Source: an uncultured Gammaproteobacteria bacterium
Lineage (GTDB): Bacteria > Pseudomonadota > Gammaproteobacteria > Eutrophobiales > Eutrophobiaceae
Direction: 5' to 3'
DNA length: 64,000 nt
Assembly (NCBI GenBank): GCA_951812995.1
Contig: CATOTD010000002.1
Location: 707,468-771,467, forward strand
The translations under genes and the position numbers were made by a program. Below the pieces are notes generated by a model. That model was given only the letters and a program-made list of their open reading frames with translations. It did no database searches and had not been told where the DNA came from. Positions 10,020 through 20,814 of this stretch are shown here, in pieces. Position 1 is the stretch's first letter. Each line of letters starts with the position of its first letter.

Positions 10020-10067
10020 GACCTTTGCACTAAAGTGATGTTTACCCACACCCGAGTCCGCCCGACC
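10020..10067 (+). repeat. Head motif of the dispersed repeat family (GACCTTTGCACTAAAGTGAT + gtttacccacacccgagtccgcccgacc) immediately followed by IS256 copy 1
   Basis: 20-mer identical to 15565-15584; see findings. Confidence 0.8.
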
Positions 10068-10074
10068 TTATATG

Positions 10075-11427
10075 ATAACGTAAATTATCTTTCGCAAATT
10101 TGAAGAGGCGGTTTTCCTTTATCTGGTTAAATAAAAAGTGACATAACCATTTATTTGACCAGGAGAAGAGTCGCCATGAGCGATGATACAAACAAGCACT
10201 TGAACAATGTAGTCCCTATTGATGCACAGGAACTGCAGGGCCATCTCAACAAAGTGGTACTGAAGACTGTGGAAGACACCCGCAACCAGATTCTGGACGC
10301 TGAGGCTGATGCGCTGGTGGGTGCTGATCGATATGCACGCACTGAGACGCGCAAAGACGACCGGTCTGGTAGCTACACCAGGAAGCGCCACACCAGGGCC
10401 GGAGAGCTTGAGTTAAAGATGCCGAAGCTACGCAAACAGACCTTTGAGATGGCCATCATAGAGCGATACCGGCACCGTGTAGCGTCTGTCGAAGAGGCGC
10501 TGATCGAGATGTATCTGGCAGGTGTTTCAGTACAACGTGTAGAAGACATTACCGCAGCATTGTGGGGTACCCGTGTCAGCTTAGGGACTATTTCAAAGCT
10601 CAACCAGCGTATCTATGGGCAGATTGAAGAGTGGCGTAATCGCCCCATAGAGGGTGATTTCCCTTATGTATACCTGGACGGTGTTGTGCTCAAACGCAGT
10701 TGGGGCGGTGCAGTGAAGAACGTTTCTGTTCTAGTCGCCATAGGTGTTGGGGACGATGGCTACCACCGCATTCTAGGGATTGTTGAAGGTACTAAGGAGG
10801 ATAAGGTGGGATGGTCAGGATTCCTGCGTCATTTAAAGGCACGCGGTCTCAAGGGCATCAGGTTGGTGCTCAGTGATGCCTGTCTTGGGCGCAAGGAGTC
10901 GATCGGTGACTTCTACCCTGAAGCTGGCTGGCAGTGTTGTATTGTGCACTTCTACCGCAACGTCTTCAGTCATGTGTCTCGTGGTCGTGTCAAAGAAGTC
11001 TCTCGCATGTTGCAGGCTATCCATGCATCTGAATATCTGGAATCAGCCAGGCATAAGGCCACAGAGGTCGAGAAGAAACTCAGGGACATGAAGTTATCGA
11101 GTGCGGCGGATTGGCTGGGTAGTGCATGGAAGAGACCCTGACGTATTATCGGTTTCTGGCAGAGCACTGGATTCGCATTCGGACTAACAATCCTTTGGAA
11201 CGAATCATCCGAGAAATCAGGCGGCGAACACGAGTAGTGGGAGCATTCCCGGATGGCAACTCGGCGTTGATGTTTTGTGCGGCAAGGCTTAGACACATCG
11301 CGGGGAGCTAGTGGGGAACGCGGAAATATCTGAACATGGATTTGCTCCAAGAGATGGATAAAGAAAAGGATTTTCAGGTAGCGTAACAACCAGATTTAAG
11401 GGAAAGCCAAATCAGAAAGTGCGAAAG
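10075..11427 (+). mobile_element. IS256-family element copy 1; transposase frameshifted (ORFs 10155-11141 and 11126-11311)
   Basis: Mutator-type transposase (MTRRRVAMSDDTNKH..). Left end GATAACGTAAAT..ATCTTTCGCAAAT and right end ..CAGAAAGTGCGAAAG are shared by three copies. Copy 1 has a 1-bp deletion relative to intact copy 2 near 11126. Confidence 0.85.
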
Positions 11428-11531
11428 ATTATTGACACTACCGCTGGTTGAGACCTCCACGCCCTACATTTCCTGAAACAACGCGACAATGTCACAGGTG
11501 GTATTGCCTTTGGCATAGAGACTGAGAATCT

Positions 11532-12830
11532 GGAGACCTCGAACAACGCTGATTCTGGATGGATTTTGACGCGAGCACCAGTCGTTGTCACCCGCATAGC
11601 GGGTGTGAAGGTCAAGGTCGGTGGTATTTGAGGCTGTGTTGCGCTGTTTGGGTCTGCCAGGTCGGGTATTTCCGGAATTTGGGCGGATTCAGGCTGTGGC
11701 CTGTCGTCGCTCGTGGAAAATCAGACGGCGGAAGTTGTAGCTCAGGTTGGCCATGGTCATGCGGGCCTTCGCACGGGTTTGGCCGATTGAGCGGATGGTC
11801 AGAGCCATGGGCCCTTTCTCGTAGCCGAACACAGGCGCGGATGGCGGAGCGTGTCGCGTTGCCCCGACGAATATGCCTGGCCATGGGTTTGCCGCGTGGC
11901 TTCTTGCGATGGATATGTGAGCGGTACCCTTGCGCTTTGAGCCAGTCTTCGTTCTTGGACGACCGATATCCAGTATCGGCCCAAACCGCCTTCGAGCTGT
12001 TTGTCTCGTCCAGAACCGAGGAGAGTTCATGCCCGTCGTAGCGAGCCGCATTCGTGCCAGTCTCACCCCGGATGAAGCGCCATTTGCGATCAATGGACAC
12101 GTGGTTCTTGTACCCAAAGTGCGGAACCGAAATATCGACAAGGCCAGTATCCTCCTCACCCTCCTTGGTCGTCTTGGCCTTTGAATACTTGACCGTCCAA
12201 CGCGCATCGGTGTCTTTCTGCGCTGCCTTGGACAGATCATCGGGCCAGATGTCAGACGCGGCCTCACCTGCCTTGGCGCGCGCTTTCTCTGCTTTCGTCA
12301 TCCGCTGGCGCGGGGCAAAGACCAACGTGGCATCCACAATCTGACCGCCGGTCGGTTTGTATCCCCGCGCGCAGAGCTGAGCTTCAAACGCGGCAAACAG
12401 GGCCTTGAAGACACCCGCCTAGGTCAGCTTCTCTCTGAAAAGCCAGATCGTCTTCTGATCAGGTGTCGGCTCCCCGATTTGAAATCCCAGGAACCGTAGC
12501 CAACTGAAACGGTCACGAATGAGAAACTCCATCCGCTCATCACTCAGATTGTGCATCGAGGCCAACACCAGCACCTTGAACATCACAACGGCATCATAGG
12601 GTGGGCGACCACCTTTGGGACGTTCCCCATAGCCAAGTGCTTCAACAAGAACTGGGCGAAACACTTCGAAATCAACGTGCCGCTCCAAAACCTCAAGCGG
12701 ATATTCCATCGCCGAAAGCCGCGCCAAATGATCCGTCAAATCAAACAATCCAGGTGCGGGCATAAACAAAATCCTCCCACATCAAGTGAATCAGACCGTA
12801 CCACAAAATGTACGGTTTTTAGAGGCTTCC
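11532..12830 (-). mobile_element. IS5-family (ISL2-like) element copy B; ORFs 12419-12769 and 11612-12337
   Basis: Same ends as copy A; in-frame TAG between domains and an 11-nt deletion that frameshifts the conserved C-terminus. Confidence 0.85.
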
Positions 12831-13192
12831 AGATGGGTGCTTCTTGACCAGTGCTGGCGCCAAGCTACCCTTTCTGTCGCGGGGTGTTTCCAGCTCGAAT
12901 GCGCCCTCTTCAGTGCGTAGCATTTTATGACTGCGACCATTGCGGTTATTGGATTTTCCTGCCTACTCATGTCTGGCATAGCCAAGGTGTTCATCGAACT
13001 CGGCATTCAGTGCCGCCTCAATGCTTACCCTGGTCAATGCCTGACGGAACGTATACAGGTCTTCTTCGGTTTTGATGCCCCTGGCAGTTTCACGTGCCAG
13101 TGATTTGATTGCTTCGGGTTGCATGTGCTTATCCTCAGCCCCTTCGGGGCAATAATCAATGATAAGCAGTTACATAGTTTTTGGGGCTGTCT
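12831..13192 (-). mobile_element. N-terminal fragment of a second IS256-like element, interrupted by IS5 copy B
   Basis: Minus-strand translation MQPEAIKSLARETARGIKTEEDLYTFRQALTRVSIEAALNAEFDEHLGYARHE-stop is a typical IS256-family transposase N-terminus; the segment is duplicated at 49804-50165. Confidence 0.75.
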
Positions 13193-13314
13193 TTGCAAAG
13201 GTGGCAATCTGTTGATTGCGACCACCGCCATCATTTGCCTGATCCTCCCGGATATCCTCAGCAATGACCCATCTAACATGTACGGCATAGGCGTTCCCGT
13301 ATACAATACGCGCC

Positions 13315-14412
13315 ATGTCCGGCAATACATTTGGAAAATTATTCACCATCACCAGTGCTGGTGAAAGCCATGGCTTTGGTTACGTCTGCATTGTTGATGG
13401 CTGTCCGCCAGGATTAGGCCTATCGGAAGCCGATATACAACACGATCTGGATCGTCGTAAACCGGGTAAGTCGCGGCATGTGACCCAACGTAGGGAATCC
13501 GATACGGTCAAAATCATATCGGGGGTGTTTAAGGGTGTGACGACGGGTACGCCGATAGGACTTCTGATTGAAAACGAAGATCAAAAATCAAAAGACTACA
13601 ACAACATTAAAGCGATGTTCCGACCCGGGCATGCCGATTATACTTACCAACAAAAATTTGGGATCCGTGATTATCGTGGTGGTGGCCGTGCCTCTGCGCG
13701 TGAGACCTGTATGCGTGTCGCCGCCGGTGCTATTGCCAAGAAATATCTGCAAGCGCAATTTGGGTTAGTTATTCGTGCTTATCTTGCGCAAATTGGGACC
13801 ATCAAAATCGATCTTAAAGATTGGGATGCGGTAGAAAACAATACATTCTTTTGCCCTGATCCTGGGCGTGTTGCAGAGTTAGATCATTATATGGACGCGC
13901 TCCGTAAAGCAGGAGAATCTATAGGGGCGCGTATTAATATTGTTGCTGAAAATATACCGATTGGCTTAGGTGAGCCGATATTTGATCGCCTAGATGCTGA
14001 TATCGCCAAGGCAATGATGAGTATCAATGCGGTCAAAGGTGTGGAAATAGGCGCAGGGTTTGATGCAGTGGAACACAAAGGATCCGAGCATCGCGATGAA
14101 ATGACACCGACCGGTTTTATGGGTAATAATGCCGGTGGTATTTTAGGGGGCATCTCATCGGGCCAGGATATTTTAGTCAGTATCGCGCTGAAACCCACTT
14201 CTAGTATCCGCTTGCCAGGCAAGACGATAAATGAATCAGGACAGGCGGTTCAGGTTATTACCAAGGGTCGACACGATCCTTGTGTCGGTATTCGAGCGAC
14301 ACCGATTGCCGAGGCAATGTTGGCATTGGTCTTAATGGATCATGTCTTAAGGCATCGTGCACAATGCGCGGACGTTAAGTCTGAAACTCTGATTACGCCT
14401 CCATCCAAATAA
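13315..14412 (+). CDS. aroC: Chorismate synthase
   Basis: 365 aa; N-terminus [18 protein letters not shown] matches AroC. Confidence 0.95.
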   Translation: MSGNTFGKLFTITSAGESHGFGYVCIVDGCPPGLGLSEADIQHDLDRRKPGKSRHVTQRRESDTVKIISGVFKGVTTGTPIGLLIENEDQKSKDYNNIKAMFRPGHADYTYQQKFGIRDYRGGGRASARETCMRVAAGAIAKKYLQAQFGLVIRAYLAQIGTIKIDLKDWDAVENNTFFCPDPGRVAELDHYMDALRKAGESIGARINIVAENIPIGLGEPIFDRLDADIAKAMMSINAVKGVEIGAGFDAVEHKGSEHRDEMTPTGFMGNNAGGILGGISSGQDILVSIALKPTSSIRLPGKTINESGQAVQVITKGRHDPCVGIRATPIAEAMLALVLMDHVLRHRAQCADVKSETLITPPSK

Positions 14413-15578
14413 TGATTAACGTTGCCGGCTTGCCTTACTGGCGACTGTCCGGTTTTTATTTTCTGTTTTTTATTACCATCGGCTGTTTTATGCCGTATTG
14501 GTCGCTTTATCTCAAATCAATAGGCATGACTGCTGAGGACATCGGGATTCTTTCTGCGGTCGTTGTCGCAACAAAAATATTTTCCGCGTTTCTCTGGGGC
14601 TGGATCGTTGACCATACCGGTAAGCGTATGCAAGTAATACGTTATACCTCATTATTATCGATGTTGTCGTTTTCACTGGTGTTGTTTTACCAGGATTTCT
14701 GGTCGTTATTTATCATTCTTTTTATGTTTTCAATATTCTGGAGTGCCGCTTTACCTCAACTTGACGCAGCCACTTTATCTCATCTCGGCAAAGAGAGTGA
14801 TAGTTATACCGTGGTGCGTATATGGGGGTCGATCAGTTTTATTATCGCTGTACTTGCCCTAGGCCAATTTTTTGATCGCCAACCTATAGATTATTTATTA
14901 CCCATTATTATTTTTACCATGGCGCTGGTTTGGATACATTCTTTATTTATCCCGAAGATGCGCGCTGCACGCGAACAGTCGAATGGCCTGACATTCAAGT
15001 CTATCTTGTGTAAGCCGCATGTTATTACGTTAATGGTTGTGTGTTTTCTGGTCCAGGCAAGCCATGGTCCGTATTACACATTTTTTTCTATTTACCTTGA
15101 AGATCATGGTTACTCCAATAGTTTTATCGGTACGTGCTGGGCATTAGGCGTTTTTGCTGAGGTTATAATCTATATTTTTATCCATAAGGTTATAGGTCGT
15201 TTTGGATTGCGAAAATTAATGATCCTCACATTGATATGCGCAACGGCGCGCTGGTTGTTGATCGCATTTCTTGTAGAAAATATATTGATATTATTATTTG
15301 CGCAATGTTTACATGCCGCTACATTTGGCATTTATCACGCCGTCGCGATTCAATATATTCATCGTGAATTCAAGGGCGCACACCAGGGGCGTGGCCAGGC
15401 ACTTTACAGCAGTATCAGCTTTGGTGCGGGTCTCGCATTAGGCAGTTTGATCAGCGGCTATCTTTGGGATCTGATTGGTGCCATGCAGACTTTTCTTTTT
15501 GCCGCCACACTCAGTGCGACAGGTGTCATCGTTGCCTGGATTGGATTGCAAGCGCATGAATCAAGACCTTTGCACTAA
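14412..15578 (+). CDS. MFS transporter (HcaT/PPP-like family), conserved downstream of aroC
   Basis: 388 aa, 12 predicted TM helices; last codons and stop are supplied by the repeat head motif. Confidence 0.8.
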   Translation: MINVAGLPYWRLSGFYFLFFITIGCFMPYWSLYLKSIGMTAEDIGILSAVVVATKIFSAFLWGWIVDHTGKRMQVIRYTSLLSMLSFSLVLFYQDFWSLFIILFMFSIFWSAALPQLDAATLSHLGKESDSYTVVRIWGSISFIIAVLALGQFFDRQPIDYLLPIIIFTMALVWIHSLFIPKMRAAREQSNGLTFKSILCKPHVITLMVVCFLVQASHGPYYTFFSIYLEDHGYSNSFIGTCWALGVFAEVIIYIFIHKVIGRFGLRKLMILTLICATARWLLIAFLVENILILLFAQCLHAATFGIYHAVAIQYIHREFKGAHQGRGQALYSSISFGAGLALGSLISGYLWDLIGAMQTFLFAATLSATGVIVAWIGLQAHESRPLH

Positions 15579-15912
15579 AGTGATACTTGACCATACCCGT
15601 CTCGACTCAACCCAGCTTGACCCAGCCCGGTCAAGCTCGATCCAACCCGACCATGCCCGACTCGACTCAACCCAGCTCGACCCAGCCCGGTCAAGCTCGA
15701 TCCAACCCGACCAAGCCCGACCCGACTCGACTCAGCCCGGTCCAGATCGACCCAACCCCGACCTGTCTTGACTCAACCCGACTCAGCCCGGTCCAGCTCG
15801 ATCCAATCCGACCTGTCTCGACTCAGCCCCGGCTCGACTCAGATCTACCACGACCCGATCACATCCAGCCCGACCCGTCTCGACCCGACCAAGCCCGACC
15901 CGACTCAGCCTA
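15565..15912 (+). repeat. Dispersed repeat element: head GACCTTTGCACTAAAGTGATACTTGACCATACCCG followed by ~320 bp of degenerate C-rich CGACYC/CAACCC/CAGCCC hexamer-like repeats
   Basis: Read directly; C about 45%, G about 17%; stop-free in all three plus frames, producing artefact ORFs 15475-15771, 15587-15964 and 15768-15968. Confidence 0.85.
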
Positions 15913-15920
15913 TATTCGGG

Positions 15921-16319
15921 CTAGCCTGGGTCTTTATTCATCATATGATTCGCCGTGCGCGTGAATGAGGACATGAGCTGTTCCTTGAACATGGTGTCAA
16001 CACGCATCTCTGCCAACGCTTTGTGCATACACATCAACCATTGATCCCGCTCTTCGGTACCAATCGGAAAAGGCAAATGCCGGGCACGTAGCTGCGGGTG
16101 GCCAAAGGCGGCAACATAACGATCCGGCCCACCCATCCAACCACTGAGAAACATAAAAAACTTTTCGCGCGAATGCTTAAGATCTTTTGGATGTAAATTA
16201 CGGATCAACGTTGCCTCAGGCAAAGTATCCATGTTGTCATAAAATAATGTCACTAACTGCTGCAATCCTTCATCCCCACCAATGCGATCATACGGTTTTT
16301 TAATGTTTGTCTCGTTCAT
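15921..16319 (-). CDS. glbO: Group II truncated haemoglobin (trHbO/GlbO)
   Basis: 132 aa; YDRIGG..LVTLFYDNM..HPQLRARHLPFPIG motifs typical of 2-on-2 haemoglobins. Confidence 0.8.
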   Translation of the reverse strand: MNETNIKKPYDRIGGDEGLQQLVTLFYDNMDTLPEATLIRNLHPKDLKHSREKFFMFLSGWMGGPDRYVAAFGHPQLRARHLPFPIGTEERDQWLMCMHKALAEMRVDTMFKEQLMSSFTRTANHMMNKDPG

Positions 16320-16418
16320 AATCGAAACTTAAGTAAAATCATAATATTCGTACTATTTTTACAATACGGATCAGACATAAACAAATCGTGAAGAGGACGC
16401 TTAAAATCAAACACGCGC

Positions 16419-16913
16419 TTATTCATTGATGATCACGTTAGTGCCTTCAGCAACCAAATCAAATAATTCGATTATATCTGCATTGCGCATGCGTACACAT
16501 CCTCGTGAACCAGGCTGCCCCATCAAGACATCATCAGGTGCCCCATGGATATAGATATAGCGATCATGGCTGTCCAGGTTTTTGCCATTATTCTGTCCTT
16601 TGTTCCTCCCTTCTTCGATGCCGCTTAACCAGAGTATGCGCGTGAGTATCCAGTCTCGTTCAGGGTGTCGTTCTCGTAAGGCTGGCGCATAGACTTCACC
16701 CGTCGCGATCCTGCCTATAAAAACAGCGTTGACGGCGCAACCTGCGCCAATTTTTTCGGCAATGATATGTTTGCCGCGCGGTGTGCATTCACTGTCCATT
16801 GCCTCGCCTGCACCATTTTTTGCAGTCGAGATAAGATATTGCAAACGTCTCTGATCGGCATTATCCATAAGTGTTAGTAATTGAGAGCTTATTGATATTT
16901 GAATATACATTTT
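16419..16913 (-). CDS. L,D-transpeptidase (YkuD domain) protein
   Basis: Catalytic HGAP..SRGCVRM motif; start taken at the internal Met MYIQ to avoid overlapping the upstream gene. Confidence 0.75.
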   Translation of the reverse strand, partial: KMYIQISISSQLLTLMDNADQRRLQYLISTAKNGAGEAMDSECTPRGKHIIAEKIGAGCAVNAVFIGRIATGEVYAPALRERHPERDWILTRILWLSGIEEGRNKGQNNGKNLDSHDRYIYIHGAPDDVLMGQPGSRGCVRMRNADIIELFDLVAEGTNVIINE

Positions 16914-16920
16914 GTTTGAC

Positions 16921-18405
16921 TCAATTATCCACTCTGACCGTGTATGCCAGCGAATCAAAATTGCCATCTGTATTGAGCACATAGCCCTGTATATTTTTTC
17001 GCATCGCCAGCACATTATCTTCATACCATAATGGAATATAAGGCAACTCATCAAAGAGTATTTGCTGCAGTTCGCGATAATATGCGGCCTGTTTAGCTAA
17101 TGTGGGCTCAATCTCTGCGGCCTCAATAATGGCATCGACACGCGCGTTCATAAAGCGACCACGATTAGCACCATGCGGCGGTATCGCAGTACTATGAAAA
17201 ACATAGCGAAAGATATCCGGCATCTTCAAACCTACCCAAGACAGGCTATACATCTGAAAACGCCCCGATTTTATATCGCCATAAAATGTACCCCAATCGT
17301 AACTGCGAATATCGACCTTGATGTGTACAGACTTTAGTTGATCCTGAATAATAGTCGCAAGCCGCAAACGAAACGGATCATTTGACGTTTTATAACTCAG
17401 CTCAAGTGGTGTTGCGGCATCATAACCTGCTTGCTTGAGTAATTTTTTTGCCTGCGCCGGGTTATACTCAATGCCGATAAGCCGAGGATGCCCGGCCCAA
17501 TGATCTGGCGAAAATAATGCGCCTGCTTTACGGGCCGACTCACCCATCACAAATTTAATGATTGCATCTCGATCTATGGCATGGGCAATCGCAGTTCTAA
17601 TAGTGCTATTGCCCGTTTTCGCATCTTCCAGATTAAAACCGATATAGCTAAATGTATTGCCTGGTTTTCTCTGTACCTGAATATATTCTTTCTCATCCAA
17701 CCATTTAACCATCTCCGGCAATAGATTACTTTGCACCAGATCAATCTCGCCGCGTAATAATTTTAGTACTCTGACTGTCGGATCTTTTAGGGTAATGAAC
17801 GCCAGCGTTTGCTGGTCACTATTTCGAATTAATGTTAATCGGGCCTCATCTTCCCATTCGGAAAATCGCATCGGACCACTGCCGATGGGTTGCTTGCTGA
17901 AGTTGTGCTTCGTATCAATTAATTTTTTCGGCAAAATGCCGATGACTAAACGCCCTGGAAATAGTGGATCAGGCTGTGATAATTGAAAATCAATCGTATC
18001 GTCATCAAGCAGATCCATTGCCGCTATCATCTGCAACGATCCTCTATGCGGCGAGGCATTTTCTGCCTTCAAGATTGATTCATAGGTTGCCTTAATATCA
18101 GCGGTCGTAAGGCGCGATCCATCATGGAATTTTCTATGCTTATTGCCGAGTTTAAATCGATAATGATTACGTGCGAGTTTTTCCCAGCTTGCCAAGTGAG
18201 GTACCACGTTAAATTGTGCGTCAAAGTCGACGAGGCTTTGATAGATTAGACGTGTTATTCGGTAAGAGACCGCATCCGTAGCAAAACGCGGGTCGAGTGT
18301 GACGGGTGCCGTATTCAAACCAAAGGCTATGGTGCTTCTGCTGGTTTGTGCACAACCCGTGATAACGAGTGATACACAACACAATAAGAGTGTTTTTAAT
18401 ATCAT
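16921..18405 (-). CDS. ABC transporter substrate-binding lipoprotein, family 5 (peptide/nickel type), orphan
   Basis: 494 aa; lipoprotein signal MILKTLLLCCVSLVITGCAQ; SBP_bac_5-like sequence; no permease genes adjacent. Confidence 0.75.
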   Translation of the reverse strand: MILKTLLLCCVSLVITGCAQTSRSTIAFGLNTAPVTLDPRFATDAVSYRITRLIYQSLVDFDAQFNVVPHLASWEKLARNHYRFKLGNKHRKFHDGSRLTTADIKATYESILKAENASPHRGSLQMIAAMDLLDDDTIDFQLSQPDPLFPGRLVIGILPKKLIDTKHNFSKQPIGSGPMRFSEWEDEARLTLIRNSDQQTLAFITLKDPTVRVLKLLRGEIDLVQSNLLPEMVKWLDEKEYIQVQRKPGNTFSYIGFNLEDAKTGNSTIRTAIAHAIDRDAIIKFVMGESARKAGALFSPDHWAGHPRLIGIEYNPAQAKKLLKQAGYDAATPLELSYKTSNDPFRLRLATIIQDQLKSVHIKVDIRSYDWGTFYGDIKSGRFQMYSLSWVGLKMPDIFRYVFHSTAIPPHGANRGRFMNARVDAIIEAAEIEPTLAKQAAYYRELQQILFDELPYIPLWYEDNVLAMRKNIQGYVLNTDGNFDSLAYTVRVDN

Positions 18406-19730
18406 TCTCTTACAAAAACAGCGACCGATTCTACATGTGTTGTATGGGGAAACATATCCATGACACCTGCTATTGTGAACTTAAACCCTTGCTCATTAAC
18501 CAATATACCTGCATCGCGCGCCAGCGTTGCGGGATTACATGAAACATAGACTATGCACGCCACTTTTCTTGTATCCAGTGCGGCCATGATTTCTTTCGCG
18601 CCAGTGCGTGCTGGATCGAGTAATATCTTATTATAAGGTTTATTTATGAATCCATTGACATCATTTAACCTGGCAAGATCCGCAACATAAAACTCGATAT
18701 TATCAATATTATTTTTAGCGGCATTATCCCGCGCACGCTCAACCAGGCTCGCTTCGCCGTCCACACCCATGACAGACCGTGCTTTGCGTGCAAGCGGCAA
18801 GGTGAAATTGCCAACGCCACAAAATAAATCCAGAATATCGTCTGCTTTATCAGGCTGTAGTAATTCAATGACCTGCTTGATCATCTTTTGATTCATCTCG
18901 GCATTAATCTGAATAAAGTCTACTGGCTTGAAATAAAGGGTGATGTCATGATCATCAAGCCTATAAAACAGATATTCCCCTCCGCTGCTTAAACGATGAA
19001 CGCTATCATAACCGCTGGGCTGCAAGAATAATGTTAGCTTATGTGCCGCTTCAAAGGCGTTGAGTTTTGTAATATCGTTGTCGGTAAAATCAGCCAGATG
19101 TCTTAATACCAGGGCCGTGCCATTATCACTCACAGCCGCTTCAATCTGCGGGATCTGATTATAGATACTCAGGCTTTCAATCAATCGCTGTAATGCTGAA
19201 AACTTTAACCCAAGGTCTGGATGCAATACTTTGCATTCTGTTATATCGGCCACATAAGGGCTATGTTTTTCTCTGAAACCAACCAGCACTTTTTCTTTTT
19301 TAAGGACATATTTAACGGCGAGGCGCGTTTTATGACGATAGCCAAAACTAGCCCCTTTTAATGGTGGCAATACTGATGCAGGTCGCACCTTGCCAAGGTG
19401 CTGAAACTGATCCAACAACACACTTTGTTTATGTGCTAATTGCGCACTCGGCATCATGTGTTGCAAACTACAACCCCCACAATAACCAAAATACCGACAC
19501 TCTGGCTCTACGCGCTGTTCGTTGGCGCTTATGATATTTTCCGCCACACCTTGATCGAACCTGGCGCGTTTACTAAGGTATCTAAATTCAACTTGTTCGC
19601 CAGGCAGTGCGTTTTCGATAAAAACCGTCTTGCCATTGATATGCGCGACACCGCGACCTTCATGCGACAAAGATTCAATGTCTGCTGTAAACAGCCCAGC
19701 CGGTATCTTATTACGCCGTCGTTTACGCAT
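18402..19730 (-). CDS. rlmD: 23S rRNA (uracil1939-C5)-methyltransferase RlmD (RumA)
   Basis: 442 aa; TRAM domain; Fe-S cysteines CRYFGYCGGCSLQH; SAM-methyltransferase fold; C-terminal catalytic Cys region. Confidence 0.9.
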   Translation of the reverse strand: MRKRRRNKIPAGLFTADIESLSHEGRGVAHINGKTVFIENALPGEQVEFRYLSKRARFDQGVAENIISANEQRVEPECRYFGYCGGCSLQHMMPSAQLAHKQSVLLDQFQHLGKVRPASVLPPLKGASFGYRHKTRLAVKYVLKKEKVLVGFREKHSPYVADITECKVLHPDLGLKFSALQRLIESLSIYNQIPQIEAAVSDNGTALVLRHLADFTDNDITKLNAFEAAHKLTLFLQPSGYDSVHRLSSGGEYLFYRLDDHDITLYFKPVDFIQINAEMNQKMIKQVIELLQPDKADDILDLFCGVGNFTLPLARKARSVMGVDGEASLVERARDNAAKNNIDNIEFYVADLARLNDVNGFINKPYNKILLDPARTGAKEIMAALDTRKVACIVYVSCNPATLARDAGILVNEQGFKFTIAGVMDMFPHTTHVESVAVFVRE

Positions 19731-19752
19731 GGATAAACACTATTTGCGGCGC

Positions 19753-20529
19753 TTAAGCTGGCCAGGCCGCAAGAAATATTTTCAGGTGTGATTTTGTCTC
19801 ATTATCCAACATGCTACGGACTTGTTGACATTCATCGTTATAGGTCTTTTCTGTTAAATTGCCGCGTATTAATTCATAGCGCAGATACACCAGATAAGTG
19901 TTCAACACATCCGTTTCACAATAATTACGTATTGTTTCTATGTCGCCATTTACATAACAGTCCCAAACCTGCTTGCCGCTCATGCCCATCTTCCCTGGAA
20001 AACCCAGCACACTTGCAATCTTATCCAGTGATGCCTTCGCCGTTGGCATATAGCCCGATAACACATCCATTAAATCGGTATGGCGGCTATGGAAGCGACT
20101 TAAATAATTATTCCATTTGAAATTCCGATCAGTTTCGCCATTTTCCCAATAACGCTGCGCCACCACTTTGTGTAACAGCGACCGATAATGTAAGACCGGC
20201 AAATCAAAACCACTGCCATTCCAGGACACAAGCGTCGGGGTATAACGTTCAATACCGTCAAAGAATCGTTGCATAATGTCTGCCTCGCTTGCATCAACAT
20301 CGCCCAGAGACCAAACACTAAATTTGTCCTGCGTTCTTAATACCAGCGAGATCGCAACAATCTTATGCAAATAGTGCTGTAAAAAATCAGACTTGCCCTC
20401 TGTTTCTTGACGACGTTGGTTAAACATCAATTCAGCCGCGTCTTTCGCGTTTAGCCCTGCCAGGTTATACAGCTTCTTGCCCGACTCAATGTCAGGTACG
20501 GTTTCAATATCAAAAACAAGTATGTTCAT
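19753..20529 (-). CDS. Predicted 3'-5' exonuclease, PolB-exonuclease-like (RNase H-fold)
   Basis: 258 aa; MNILVFDIETVPD N-terminus with exo motifs; matches the DNA_pol_B_exo2-type family. Confidence 0.7.
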   Translation of the reverse strand: MNILVFDIETVPDIESGKKLYNLAGLNAKDAAELMFNQRRQETEGKSDFLQHYLHKIVAISLVLRTQDKFSVWSLGDVDASEADIMQRFFDGIERYTPTLVSWNGSGFDLPVLHYRSLLHKVVAQRYWENGETDRNFKWNNYLSRFHSRHTDLMDVLSGYMPTAKASLDKIASVLGFPGKMGMSGKQVWDCYVNGDIETIRNYCETDVLNTYLVYLRYELIRGNLTEKTYNDECQQVRSMLDNETKSHLKIFLAAWPA

Positions 20530-20544
20530 TATTTTTTAGAATGC

Positions 20545-20814
20545 TTAGTCTAATAAAATGCTTGTCTCAGCAAAATTTAATTCCAGTTTACAAGGCCTTG
20601 TGGAACAAACACTATTATCTTTAAATTCATATAATCGGTAATAGTCTTTCACGTCATCATTAAAAACGACTTTTATATGATCGTAATAACCGGCAAAATT
20701 ATTCTTGGACAAGAAACCATTTATATTGTTAGCGATTGATTGCGCTGCTTTTTCCCGTATATTATTTTTTTGTGCCTCGCCGTTGGTTGCTAATTGACGG
20801 GTTATTTCTGTCAA
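20545..20814 (-). CDS. Hypothetical small protein (AT-rich islet, gene 2 of 2)
   Basis: 89 aa; 4-bp ATGA overlap with the upstream ORF; strongly AT-rich versus flanks. Confidence 0.45.
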   Translation of the reverse strand: MTEITRQLATNGEAQKNNIREKAAQSIANNINGFLSKNNFAGYYDHIKVVFNDDVKDYYRLYEFKDNSVCSTRPCKLELNFAETSILLD

